From the human T2T-CHM13v2.0 reference genome, Homo sapiens: DNA of 64,000 bases. The notes beneath the pieces were generated by a model. That model searched no databases and was not told the origin of the DNA. It was given only the letters and a program-made list of their open reading frames with translations. Within the stretch, counting starts at the first letter, position 1. Every line of letters begins with the position of its first letter. Shown piece after piece: positions 41,753-56,620 of the stretch. A program made the position numbers and the translations under genes. The stretch is from the NCBI RefSeq assembly GCF_009914755.1, contig NC_060941.1. One strand, 5' to 3'.

Positions 41753-41766
41753 GTTGCCATGGCGAC
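41753..41766. promoter_or_regulatory. RFX X-box GTTGCCATGGCGAC
   Basis: 13/14 match to the palindromic RFX consensus GTTGCCATGGCAAC, about 310 bp upstream of the PPM1E ATG. Confidence 0.8.
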
Positions 41767-42068
41767 AGTCTCTAGGCAGCGTGGGCTGAGCTCTCCGTAG
41801 GAATAAAGGGTGGGCCGCCGCTGGACCCTGCGCGCGCCCGCCACCAACTTTCCCTCCAGATCCGAGAGGGGCGGCGCGCTCCGCCCCCGGGCCGCGCACG
41901 TCGGTGCTCGGCGGCGCGCACGCCTGCGGGAGCCCTCTCCAGGCAACCTAGTGCTGATCGCTCGTGCCGGTGCGGCCGTTAACCGCCCTTGCCGGAGCCC
42001 TAGGCTCAAAAGCAGCCCCTTACCCTTCCTGGGCTTCCCCCAACCCCTTTCCCGGTCTGCCCTGGGGC

Positions 42069-42098
42069 ATGAGCAGCGATGGCCGGCTGCATCCCTGA
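42069..42098 (+). promoter_or_regulatory. Out-of-frame overlapping u[12 protein letters not shown]
   Basis: ATG 10 nt upstream of the PPM1E start, G at -3; TGA at 42096-42098 lies inside the main CDS. Confidence 0.6.
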
Positions 42099-42542
42099 GG
42101 AGAAAACTTACCGGCGCTTCCTGGAGCTATTCCTGGGCGAGTTTCGCGGACCGTGCGGCGGCGGCGAGCCGGAGCCGGAACCCGAACCCGAACCCGAACC
42201 CGAACCCGAGTCCGAGCCCGAGCCCGAACCTGAACTGGTAGAAGCTGAGGCGGCCGAGGCTTCGGTAGAGGAACCCGGGGAGGAGGCGGCCACGGTAGCC
42301 GCGACGGAGGAGGGGGACCAGGAGCAAGACCCGGAGCCCGAGGAGGAGGCGGCGGTTGAGGGTGAGGAGGAGGAGGAGGGCGCGGCGACGGCGGCGGCAG
42401 CCCCGGGGCACTCGGCCGTGCCGCCGCCGCCGCCCCAGCTGCCGCCTTTGCCCCCGCTCCCGCGACCGCTGTCAGAGCGCATCACCCGCGAGGAGGTGGA
42501 GGGCGAAAGCCTGGACCTGTGCCTGCAGCAGCTCTACAAATA
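42079..42542 (+). CDS. PPM1E: PPM1E (PP2C-family phosphatase, POPX1/CaMKP-N) exon 1 coding part
   Basis: [27 protein letters not shown] repeat, acidic and Pro-rich tracts, ...LCLQQLYK-Y; strong Kozak gcgATGg; donor GT at 42543 (464 nt, phase 2). Confidence 0.96.
42166..42234 (+). repeat. Coding hexanucleotide repeat (GAACCC/GAGCCC)n encoding Glu-Pro dipeptides
   Basis: 5 perfect GAACCC units plus degenerate flanking units. Confidence 0.95.
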
Positions 42543-42717
42543 GTTAAGTAGCTGGGCTTGGCTGGTGGTGGGCCCGCGGTCCCCACCGCGCCGGCCTCGG
42601 ACGCGGCTCCCTCGGCCCCTCAAACTGCTCTCTTTTCTGCTCCTCTCCCCCGCACCCGCGCCTGCCGCCGCTGAAAGCGCCCCCGCTGCTCGGACCCGGG
42701 CGGTCGGCTGAGAGCTG

Positions 42718-42761
42718 CCCACGCCCGCCTCGGCCCCCACGCCCGCCTCGGCCCCCACGCC
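42718..42761. repeat. 18-bp GC-rich tandem repeat cccacgcccgcctcggcc x2.4
   Basis: direct reading. Confidence 0.9.
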
Positions 42762-44320
42762 TCCTACCCGGCCTTGAAGCCGCTCTCCTGAGCCCCGGCG
42801 CCCTCCCGCCGGGCCCGGGCCCCTCATCCCCTTTCACCTCGGCCCCCAGCTTCTAGCTCCACTTCACGCAACCTTTCCCTTTCCTGCCTGGAAAGGTCCT
42901 TCCTCCCAGGCTTGAGCTCCCTCTTCTTCCCAGATCCCTTCTTTCTCCGGGAGGTTTCCTCCCACCCCAGTCTGTCTTTTCCCGGGCTGAGTGCCTTGTT
43001 GTTTGGCGGCAGAGACGCGACTCCTTTCTAGACTGAGCTGCGAGGTGCCTCCTGCGTAACTGCAACAATGATGGTTATACCGGCCCCGTATCCAGATGAG
43101 AGAATGGAGTAGATTTTCCGTCAGGTGCTCAGTGTTGAAAGTGAAGGGCTTTTTAGATGTTTTCACACAGGGAAGCCTAGTCTCTTAGTTTAGACATTTG
43201 ACATTCCATAATTGAGGGAAGTGGGAAGGAATTGAGAGGGAAGGGTAAGCAAAATTTTGCAAGCAAGCCTTCGGGTGAAAGAGCCATAATTCATTAAAGT
43301 GGAAAAGTCAGGCTGTTTTGATTAAATTGCAATTAGGTGCAGTATTTTCAGTCCATTAAGTAGATGGGATGGGGTGGGGAGAAAGCAGATGGCTTAGCTA
43401 CACAGATGAAAGTCTAAAATAGAAAGGTCAAGGCTTTGCCTTTCATCCCAGTTCTGGTTTTTATAGGCCTGAAATAGAAACGGTTTACAATTGCGTTTCT
43501 CAATGGAATTGTTCCGAAATAATGACAGAGGAGAATACTAGTAAGTCTCTGAAAACATTGGTAAACCTGGGAAGTCTTTTGCCATTCAGCTGATAGTTGT
43601 AATGAAAGGTGTTACTCTGGCCACCCAAAAAGTTTACTACTGCAAGATTCGCTGTAATTAAGTTCAAACTCACTTTTGGGATTTTCTCAAAAGCCTAAAG
43701 AAAAGAAGGGCCTGGAAAGTAAACCTGTTTTGTCTTCATCCAAGCTAATAGACACCTGATCAGATCATTCTCCTGTTAAAGCAGCAGTTTATCAATAGGG
43801 GAAAATCATTTAACAAATCTTCCATAGAAGTGGACTGTGTTGGTATTTCATAATATAAGCTATCTAAAATTTAATTTTAAAATACTGTTCAATTACAGTA
43901 TTACCGTCAATTAGCAAGGTAATGATGCTTTTTGAGAAACGTAAAATATAAAATGGCGTGTAATACCACCACCCAGAGATAAACAGTATTAACATTTTAG
44001 AGTATATCTGGTCTTTGTGAACTATCATAGACAAGGGCTTCTGAGATGTAATTTTTTACAGTATTTAAAGATAAAGCTCCCTGCTTAAAATAAAATGGAA
44101 ATGTTTATTAAGGGAATTTATCTTAGCAGCAGACTGGCTCTATCTTGACAGTTAATTCTTACCTTTACAAATGCAGTTTGCAGAATTAAACCAATTCAAA
44201 CTTTAGAAAGTGTCCAAATAAGGTCATTATTTTAGTACAACCCTGAACATTTGCCATGTAAGAAGGTTTTTTTTTTTTAACTTATTTAAAGATGATGGCA
44301 AGAAGATGTGTGTTTTTTCA

Positions 44321-44647
<327 letters not shown>

Positions 44648-46709
44648 CTAGAAAAAACTGAAATGATAAAATGGCCATCTAGTTGAGAACAGAAGTTTGG
44701 ATTTGAAATAAAACTAGCAAAATTAAAGTTGGAAAATATTTCCGCTTAAATCAGAGATTTCATCATTTATATTGTGTTTTGTACAGAAGTTGTTAATGTA
44801 TTTTTATTCAGATATAAAATGGCTGGCTTGTTCATGTAAAGTATCTTTAAGGTCCTTAACAGGTTTAAAAACAGTTTTTGCCGGGCACAGTGGCTCATGC
44901 CTGTAATCCTAGCAGTTTGGGAGGCTGAGGTGGGCGGAACACCTGTTTGAGACCATCTTGTCCAACATGGCAAAACCCCGTCTCTACTAAAAACACAATA
45001 ATTAGCCGGGCATGGTGGTGCATGCCTGTAATCCCAGCTACTCAAAAGGCTGAGCCACAAGAATCGCTTGAACCCAGGAGGCGGAGGTTGCAGTGAGCCA
45101 AGATCCTACTGCTGTCCATTCCAGCCTGGGTGACAGAACAAGACCTTGTCCGCCCACCTTCCACTCCCCCACCAAAATAAAACAAAAAATAAAAACACAC
45201 TTAGCTGGGCATGGTGGTGTGAACCTGTAGTCCCAGCTACTTGGGAGGCTGAAGTGGGAGGCTTTCCTGAGCACAGGAGGCCGAGGCTGCAGTGAGCCAC
45301 TGTACTCCAGCCTGAGTGACAGTGAGACGTTGTCTCAAAAAAAAAAGTTACCTACGTTTTACTCCTTTCTCTAAGTTTAAATCCCCCAAGAGATTAAAAT
45401 AATTTCAATGACAATCTGAGAATTTCTGAGGTTAAGGAGAGGCTGCCCTTTGAAAAGGTGGAGGTGAGAGATTTTATAACTGAGATAATTTGTAAATAAG
45501 GGTATAACTGATCTTACAGGAGATGTGAATATAAGGCTATCTGTGTAGTTTATATGGGTCAATATTTTGTATTTAATTTCTCTATACACTACTAGAGATA
45601 ACATATATTTGTTTTAATCCAGAAGAAGCAAATATTCTGAAGTCTTTTTTCTTTCCATTTTTTACCAGTAGACTATTAAACGAAGATAAAGTCATTATTA
45701 GAGCTATATTGTCATCATATTTTCAGAACAGTTGTTTCCTCAGTTATTCATTTAGTCTGGGTTGGACTTCCCAAGGGGGAAACCAATATCCCAAGAGTCT
45801 GGCACAGTTAAGTAGTTCCAGATGGCTTGCAGTAATAATGAGGGTGGACACTTTAAAAATGGCTTGGAAAAGAAAATCGCTGGTTATAGACACTAATAAT
45901 TCAGTTACATTGAATTGTGTGAATCATTAATGACTTTGGATTAGGTCAGAAAATCATTAAACTTTATCTAATTTACAAATATATAAATGGAAAAATATAT
46001 GGATTCATGTTATATAATACCAATTTTTAAGTTGCACATTTTTTTCTCATTCAAAAATAATAAACGTTCACATTTATTAAATAAAGAAGTGGAGAACATT
46101 CACATAAGCAAAAAGAGGAAAAATACCATTCATTGTTAATCATGCTTTCCAGGTTTTTCTCCTGCTTCTCAGGCTATCCCACTTCTTCTCTGTGAGCTTT
46201 TAATATTCTGCCTACCCCTTTAATATTGGTGTTCTGTCCTTGACCTTCTTTTGTCTGGTTGACTTATTTGTCCCTAGTCAATATCAATCTGTCACATGAC
46301 TTCAGTTATTGTAGTTATGCTAAAGGCTCCCAACTCTATCTCCATCCTTTCTTTGACTGCTAGAACAGCTTTACCTAGATGTCAAAATTTCCTCAGATTA
46401 AACTGTCTAAAACAGAATTCAGTCCTCCAACCCTCTTTACGGCCCCCAAAACAAACAAAACCAAAACCTGATACTCTTTCTGGTGGGTCCATCCCTGACT
46501 TCTCCTTTCCCTGACTTCTCCTTTCACCTCTCACATTCAGTCACATCTTGTTAATTCTACCTCGTAAATACCTCTTAAATATGTCTTTCTTCATTCCCAC
46601 TGTCATTGTCATCTCTTGCCAGTCTTACCCTTCTGCAATATATTTTCCCCAGTGTAGCCAAAATGTTTAATTGTCACACTGCTTAAACATTTTTACCCTT
46701 TACCCAGAG

Positions 46710-47455
46710 TTAGCCAAACTCTAAGGTTAAGGGCACAGTCTTCTACTCTGCCAAGTCTGCTCAAGACTTCTGATCCTATTGTAAGGGGTTAGGGTGCAAC
46801 TACAAATTTCAAATGAAGATGCTATGCAAAACCTCACTTCTAACATCAACTGCAAGTTTGGGGGTTTCCCCAAACCACCCTCAGATTCAGTAATGCACTA
46901 GAAAAACTCATAGAACTCACTGAAAGCTATTATACTTAGAGATACAGTTCATTACAAAGACAAGCTACAAATTAGTCAAAGGAAGAGAGATGCCTAGGGT
47001 ATAGTCTAAGAGGGTTGCAGATATGAAACTTCCATTGTTCTCAGGGAATATACCTTCCATACCCTCCCAGCATGAATGTGTGGATGTATGGAAATACACA
47101 CAAGGTATTGCCCACCCAAGAAGTTCACCTAAACTTTAGTGTGTCTGGAGTTTGTGTTTTGTTTTTTAAAGAGATGGGGTCTCACTATATTCCCTACGCT
47201 GGATTCAAACTCCTGGCTCAAATGATCTTCTTACCTCAGCAGAGTTTTCATTGAGATTTATTGATTGTTTGCATGGTTGAACTCAGTTTCCAGTCTCCCC
47301 TGTCCAGAGGTTAGGCTGATACTATGTGGTTCAAGGGACCCATCATGAATAGTAAGAATACTCATATTACTCCAGAAATTCCAGGGGCTTAGAGGTTACC
47401 TCCCAGGAGCTGGGGGCAACATCTGGACCTCTCTTTGGACAAGTTTTTTACTCCA
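46710..47455. mobile_element. MER21-type LTR
   Basis: ttccccaaaccaccctcagattcagtaat...ctcatagaactcactgaaagctattatact. Confidence 0.7.
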
Positions 47456-48696
47456 CATCCTTCATCACCTATCTCTCTTTTGCCCTCTAGATAAAATCCA
47501 AAGGTAAGGGCTTATAATCTTACTTCATTAGTTTTATTTCTGGAATCACTATCCACCCACTTCATCCCAGCTCTACCCCTCCAGAAACTACACTTCAGCT
47601 ATATTAAACTAATGTATTTCTTTGAAGGTATTGTGTTATCTTTTGCCTCTGCACCTTTGCACATAGTATATTTTTCCCTCTGCTTGGAATACTATGTTCC
47701 CCCAATAGCCACTCCCAACACAATCCAATTTCTTACCCGTTTTTTAGTTCTCTGTTTAACACCTCTTCCTTGAGGAAGCCTTTGCTTACCGTCCTCACAC
47801 TCATCATGAGTTAGGGGTCCCTTCTACGTTCCTTTCCATAATACCCAATGCCATTCCTCTTGTAAGTACTTGGTTTAATTTATTATTTTTTGTCAGCAAA
47901 TATTTATATCTCCGTCACTAGACCAGAGGTCTCCAAAGTCAATTGCACCTAAAATACTTCATTTCGGCAAAGGAAGAAAACATTATCATCTGTTTATTTG
48001 TGTATAACATACGAAATTAAGTGCTATAAATATTTGACATGTTTATTGAGATTGGCAACTTGTTCTGTATGACGACTGATTTCATGTGAAGCATGGTAAG
48101 TGTGGTATTCTGAGGGAGTGCAAATTCCACAGCTTATGGGGGTTGACCGTGGCATCCTTTCTCCAATTTTTAGGCCATTACAAACTATTACAGTTTATCT
48201 GTGCCTGAGTAAATAGATTTATGGATTATATTTCCTGGTTTTAACAAAATTAGCCCTCATGAAATGGAAAATTGGCTTTAAAAGTTCCTGTGAAGATGGC
48301 TGGGCTTGGTGGCTCATTCCTGTAATCCCAACACTTTGGGAGGCTGAGGCAGGCAGATTGCTTGAGTCTTGGAGTTCGAGACCAGACTGGGCAACATGGC
48401 AAGGCCCCGTCTCTACAAAACTTAGTTCAGCTACTCAGGAGGCTGAGATGGGAGGACTGCTTGAGCCCAGGAGGTTGAGGTTGCAGTGAACCATGATCAT
48501 GTCACTGCACTCCAGCCTGGGTAACAGAGTGAGACCTTGTTTCAAAAAAAAAAAGTTTCTATGACAAAATCATGAGTTAAACATAATATTGATAATGCAA
48601 GTGTAAGAAACATAAAAGTTAAGAGCTTATAGTTCTCTCACGCTTACTACATATGAATTTGTATGGTCAACATATGTGTTTAAAAAATTTGTTTTG

Positions 48697-49064
<368 letters not shown>

Positions 49065-49169
49065 CTAGTTCTTTCATTGTAGCTACTGTATATCATTCTA
49101 TAGTATGATTATACTATGATTTATCCAATCTCCTATTGATGGACATGTCAGTTGTTTTTAATTTTTACA

Positions 49170-49636
49170 CATATATTAAGTTAATACTGACTGCTCTAAT
49201 GGATACATCCCCAAATCTCAAAGGCTTAACATAATGTTAGTTTATTTCTTGCTTATATAGAGTTCCTTCAGTGGAGAAGGAGGAGCTGTGTTCTGTGAAG
49301 TCATTAAGGAACCCAGGCTGATGGAGACTCTGTCCTTTTTAACCTGTGGTTTCCAACGTTGCTCTAGGCATCAACATTTATCCAGCAAATATAAGGGAGT
49401 AGAGAATGGTGTTTGAGGTTTTTAAGGGCCAGTCCTTAGAAGTGGCATATATCACTTCTGTTCATTTTCCATTGGCTAGAATTCAAGTCATATGACACCA
49501 CCTGGGACCTACATTTCCTAAAAAAGGGGGCTGGGAAATAAATTGCTGGCTTGGCAGTTAATTCCAAGAAACAACTCTACACTATGGACAAAGAGTACAA
49601 AATCTTGGTGGGTAGCTTGGTGGCTCCTGCCCTACA
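49170..49636 (-). mobile_element. MLT1-type LTR fragment
   Basis: ccccaaatctcaaaggcttaaca...tttatttcttgc, cattggctagaa motifs. Confidence 0.6.
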
Positions 49637-50020
49637 GATAATGCTAGTTTGGACATGTCTCCTTGTGCATATGTTCCTAGGTTTCTTGGGTATGTTTCTA
49701 GAAGTGGAAATGTCAGATTGATATAAGTACATTTTAAATTTATTAGGTATTGCCAAATTGTTTTGTCCAGCAGTACTGTATGAGGAGTCTGATTTCTCTA
49801 CGTTCTTGCTACCATTTGAACTGCCATACCGTGAAGCTTGTATTTTAACACAGTTGTGTTCCGTTATTGCTACTGAACCATGTAGGAAAGAATGCTTATA
49901 GCTGAATATGATCTTGATTTAGGGCATTTTAGAAGAGGGCATTATGATTCCATAATGATTTATAAGATCACTAAAGAAACATTACCATTGTTGTCTTTTA
50001 TGGATGCCTAAAAGTCTAAA

Positions 50021-50335
50021 CTGCCTAAAGTCCAATAGGAATATAATATGAGCCACATATAGTTTAAAATTTTCTATTAACCACCTTTTTAAAATTAAAA
50101 AGAAACAGGTGAATTTAGTTAAAAAAACTTATTTTAACTCAATATATCCAAAATATTACTATTTCAACATGTAATCCATATTAAGATATTATTAATAAAA
50201 TATTTTATATTTTTATACCAAGTTTTTAAAATCCTGTGTGTACTTTACACTTACAGTACATCCCAATTTGGAGTATCACATTTCAAATACTTAATAATTA
50301 TATGGGGCTAATGGCTACCATAACAAACAATTTTG
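50021..50335. mobile_element. MER33-like hAT element
   Basis: gtccaatagga...tgagccacatat...ttattttaactcaatatatccaaaatatt. Confidence 0.7.
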
Positions 50336-51191
50336 TTTTAGATTTGCTATTTTTTAAAAAAACCACAACTACAACAACAAAAACTTTAATTCTGTAACAC
50401 ATATCTAACCATTTTTAATTAATATTTAAAATTAATGAGGAAATATAACATTTCATATTAAATTAGAGACTGGCATTTCATATTGACATTAGAGCCACTT
50501 AGCTGGGTGCAGTGCCTCACCCTTGTAGTACCAGCACTTTGGGAGCCAGCCTGTTGCCCAAGCTGGAGTGCAGTGGCGTGAACACACCTCACTGCAGCCT
50601 CAAACTTCTGGGCTCAAGGGGTCATCCTGCCTCAGCCTCTCAAGTAGTTGGCAGTACAGGCATGTGCCGTCATGCCTGGCTAGTTTCTTCTCTTTTGGTT
50701 TGTTTTTTTTGTTTTTGAAACAGAGTCTCGCTCTGTCACCCGGGCTGGAGTGTAGTGGCTCAATCATGGCTCATTGCATCCTTGACTTCCCAAGCTCCCA
50801 AGTAGCTGGGACTACAAGCACATGCCACCATGCTCGGCTAATTTTTATATTTTTTGTAGAGATGAGGTTTCGCCATGTTAGCCAGGCTGGTTTCAAACTC
50901 CTGGCCTCAAGTAATCCATCCACCTCAGCCTCCCAAAGTGCTGGAATTGCAGGTGTGAGCCACCATGCCCAGCCTACTAGTTGTTTTCTTTCCAGGTTTG
51001 TATAGGCCTATTATCATCATCATCTTTCTCTTTATTATTATTTTCCTTTTCTGCTCTCCCATGAAAGGTAGAGGATAAGGGAAGAAAAAGAAGAAAGTAT
51101 TCCATTCCCACATCCCTTTAGGTTGGCTTCTTATTTTATGTTTTTGTTGGTGTGTTTATTTTGCTTTGTTAACATTTTCAACTAGCTATAG

Positions 51192-51446
<255 letters not shown>

Positions 51447-51903
51447 TAGTTTCACCATGTTGGCCAGGATGGTCTTGAAATCCTGATCTTGTGATCCTCC
51501 AGCCTTGGCCTCCCAAAGTGCTGGGATTACAGGCGTGAGTCACCATGCCTGGCCATTTTTCATGGATTTAAAACAGTATCCTCATGTGAATTATTTGAGA
51601 ATATTGTGAACAATGACAAGTTTGAAGTATAATACTATATGAAGAGTAATGAACTGTTTAAAAGATTGAGAGTATTCTTAATTCTTCATGTATATTTTCA
51701 CTGAATACTCTGGTGTATAGCTCTGAGAAAGACTAGTTCATTACTACCTAGCGTAGTTTAAGAAAAAAAAAGAACCAAAAGAATAATCTCCTGGTTAGAA
51801 GTATGAAAGATAATTTTTTTCCTGGTGACTTGATTCCATAATGATTTATAAGATCACTATAGAAACATTACCATTGTTGTCTTTTATGGATTAAAGTATT
51901 TGA

Positions 51904-52404
<501 letters not shown>

Positions 52405-52684
52405 TGAGTAGCTTGGATTACAGGTGCGGGCCACCACACCTGGCTAATTTTTGCATTTTTAGTAGAGACAGGGTTTCATCATGTTGGTCAGGCTGGTCTC
52501 GAACTCCCGACCTCATGTTCTGTCCGCCTCAGCCTCCCAAAGTGCTGGGATTACAGGTGTGAGCTACTGCACCCAGCCTGTAATTTCTTAGTCACATTTT
52601 TCTATGTTGTGAATCTAAATACAAAAACTAAGATACTAGTAAGCCTGTTTTTTTGAGAAGTATATTGTACTATATGTGTGTGTA

Positions 52685-52712
<28 letters not shown>
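52685..52712. repeat. (CA)n microsatellite
   Basis: direct reading. Confidence 0.95.
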
Positions 52713-52717
<5 letters not shown>

Positions 52718-53713
52718 AAATACTAAAAGGCTAAAATGCTAAAGGGCAAGAATTAGGTTGTAAACATGTTCTTTATGCAATCTAATATGTTATTACATAA
52801 ATATGAGATGACAATCATTAAATTCAGCTATCACTGATTTTGCAAAAGGAATGATCTCTTAAGTTCTGAGATTTGATTTCTGGCAACTCTGAATATTTAT
52901 TAGTTCAAAGTGGTTCAAGGCAGCTTATAAATAGTTTTATTTATTACTTGGAAAGATATTGGTCCTATTATTCACAATATACTTATATATAATCAGAGAA
53001 ACAAAAATATTTTCAGCTTTTTCGGGGTCACATGGAAAGTTAACTATAATCTAGAAACAATTTTCAGTGTTTCAAAACAAAAACAGTTTTGTGTCTAATA
53101 AAAACCCTTTGCCCAGGATATTCTCTCATCTTGGATTGATAAGTATCTTTCTGTAAGAGTTAACAGTGTAAACTTGCAGAGGGTCAGCATTGTCTACACC
53201 CAAAATAACAATTGTACAAGTATGAATAGTAGACACCTGTTCCTGTTTCTCTTGCTGCTGTGTACTATATTCAGTGAGACCTCGTTTAGGCATTGTTTTA
53301 TATTTATTACCTCTTTTAATCATCATAAAAATATATGATAAAGATTTTTATCATTAACCTGTTTTGCAGATGAAAAAGCTGAGGCACACAGAATTTAAAG
53401 AACAAGTTTTCACCATCAGCAGTGTCACCAGGACATTAACCTAGGCAGTCAGACTTGAGAGATTATAATTATGATGTTCATTTTATGATTCTCATGCTAC
53501 ATTACAAACATTTCCTACGGGGAAAAATTTCAATGCAAATGTAGAAATTGAATTTTGATTACTGCCATTTGCTTAGCTCAGGCTTTTATCACTTCTTGCC
53601 TTGATTACCTTAGTAGCCTCCCAACAAATTTCCCTGACACTGGTCTTTTTTCCTTTTAATCTAGCTTCACTGGATTTTCCAGCATTATTGAACTTACTAT
53701 GGTTCTCTTTTAA

Positions 53714-54267
<554 letters not shown>

Positions 54268-56457
54268 TGATCTGCCCGCCTCAGCCTCTGAAAGTGCTAG
54301 GACTACAGGCATGAGCCACTGTGCCCTGCTATTTTTTAAAATAGAGATGGCGGTCTCTATTTTGCCCAGGGTGGTCTCAAATTCCTAGGCTCAAGTGATC
54401 CACCCACCTTGGCCTCCCAAAGTGCTAGGATTGTAGGTATGAGCTACCTTGCCTGGCCCTTACCCTGATTCTCTAAAGATACGTTATTTCCTGTCTTTCT
54501 GCCTTTGTAGATGCTGTTTCTTCTCCAAAGAGCATCCGCTTCCCTGACTAACTAGAATAAACCTTCCTTTGGAGGCGGATAGGGTGGTTGGATTTTTATT
54601 TTATCTTCCACCCAAAAAAGTATCTTGTTCAGGCATTACCTATAGATAAGAGCCGTCTAAGGGTTTTGCACCAAATATTTCTCTAAACTCTTGCCTCTAA
54701 TGAAAGAAAAGAAAAAGTTAACAATTATTGCTGTTTATTTTTATTTTTATTTTATTTTATTTTTTGAGACAGAGTTTCACTCTTGTTGCCCAGGCTGGAG
54801 TGCAATGGCACGGTGTTGGCTCACCACAACCTCTGCCTCCCGGGTTAAAGTGATTCTCCTGTCTCAGCCTCCCAAGTAGCTGGGATTACAGGCATATGCC
54901 ACTATGTCTGGCTAATTTTGTATTTTTAATAGAGACAGGGTTTCTCCATGTTGGTCAGGCTGGTCTTGGACTCCCGACCTCAGGTGTTCCACCTGCCTCA
55001 GCTTCCCAAATGGCTGGGATTACAGGTGTGAGCCAATGCGCCTGGCCTATTGCTGTTTATTAAAAACATAATTTAGAATCCAGAAATTCTTTAAACAATA
55101 GACTGAAAAAAATAGTTCACAGCTTGGTATATGGCTTATAACAATGGCAAAAATTAAAAAAAAATGCATTATTTTTCACTTACTAAGATGCCTGGAGATA
55201 TTTTTTTCCATTTAGTACTTGACTAATCTTGCAATCTGTTTAAATTTTTCAATTTCATTACTAATTATTTAAATAGCTGAAGGTACCTATTTTCTATATA
55301 ATTTTAATTCCTAATGCAGCCATCATCTACTCAACAAATGTCTCCTTTGGAAAGAAATCCTGTTTTTTTTGGTTCTTTAAGTAAAAAGAGAGACTGGGCT
55401 CAGTGGCTCCCGCCTATAATTCCAGCACTTTGGGAGGTCAAGGTGGGTGGATGGCTTGAGCTCCCAAGTTTGAGACCAACCTGGGCAACATGACAAAACC
55501 CTGTCTCTACCAAAAAAATACAAAAATTAGCTGGGCATGGCGGTGTGTACCTGTAGTCCCAGCTACTCGGGAGGCTGAGGTGGGAGGATGATCTGAACCT
55601 GGGAGGCTGCCCTGAGCCCGGGAGGCGGAGGTTGCAGTGAATCAAGATCGCACCACTGCACTCCAGCCTGAGTGATAGAGCCAGACCTTGTCTCAAAAAG
55701 TATATATAAAAATGAAAAGAGAAATATTTTTGTTTAGTTTGCAATCTGTATTAATGTCATATATTAAGTATCTGATCTTTTAGAAGCCAGTAAAACACAT
55801 ATGGGTCATATAAGCAGTGGATTGGCCAGGTGTGGTGGCTCATGCCTGTAATCCCAGCACTTCGGGAGGCTGAGGCAGGCAGATCACTTGAGGTCAGGAG
55901 TTCGAGACCAGCCTGACCAACATGGCAAAACCCCGTCTCTACTAAAAATACAAAAATTAGATGGGCATGGTGGTGCACACTTGTAGTCCCAGCTATTCAG
56001 GAGGTTGAGGCAGGAGAATTGCTTGAGCCCAGGAGGTGGAGGTTATAGTGAACTGAGATTGTGCCACTGCATTCCAGCCTGGGTGACAGAGCAAAACTCT
56101 ATCTAAAAAAAACAACAACAACAAGAAAAAACCAGTGGATTATAAATTGACATAAAACATTATCACTTGTATTCTAAAAGAGTCATGGATTATAACCCTC
56201 ACCATTGTATCCATATACTGTAACATAGTTTTGGAATCATCATTGCAAAATCGTTATTCCTTTGCATAATGAGTTTAAAAATGGCTCAAAGTAAAGCTTG
56301 TCTTTCAGAAGCAGAATTCCATTTTATATATTAAAATACCCAGTTTATGTTTAAGTATAATATTAAGGTAAAACTATCCTTGACTATCAAGGAAAAGAGG
56401 TGATATTAGCTTTAGTGCAGGTCTGTAAAAAATACATTGAAGATTAAAATATAATTG

Positions 56458-56620
56458 AGCTGGGCATGCTGGCATACTCCTTTAGTTCCAGCTACTCCAG
56501 AGGAGGAGCAAGAGGATCACTTGAACCCAGGAGATCAAGGCTGTAGTACACTATGATTGCACCCTGTGAAGAGCCACTGCACTCCAGCCCGGGCAACATA
56601 GTGAGACCCCATTTTTAAAT
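56458..56620 (+). mobile_element. FAM (fossil Alu monomer)
   Basis: monomer with ctgtgaagagccactgcactcc 7SL segment. Confidence 0.75.

Larger units (their letters stand above)
41680..43090. promoter_or_regulatory. PPM1E: CpG island / PPM1E promoter and first exon
   Basis: abrupt GC- and CpG-rich block in AT-rich surroundings; GC boxes near 41867-41888; CCAAT at 41655 and E-box CACGTG at 41633 just upstream. Confidence 0.93.

Noticed and set aside
42541-42543. TAG stop ending the 154-aa PPM1E ORF (apparent truncation)
   Set aside because: The G belongs to the intron donor; the spliced codon is Tyr
41740-43166. Alternative-frame and antisense ORFs across the CpG island
   Set aside because: Expected from stop-poor GC-rich DNA; shadows of PPM1E exon 1
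46494-46525. 16-bp tandem duplication (also a 10-bp one at about 59406-59426)
   Set aside because: Ordinary slippage events
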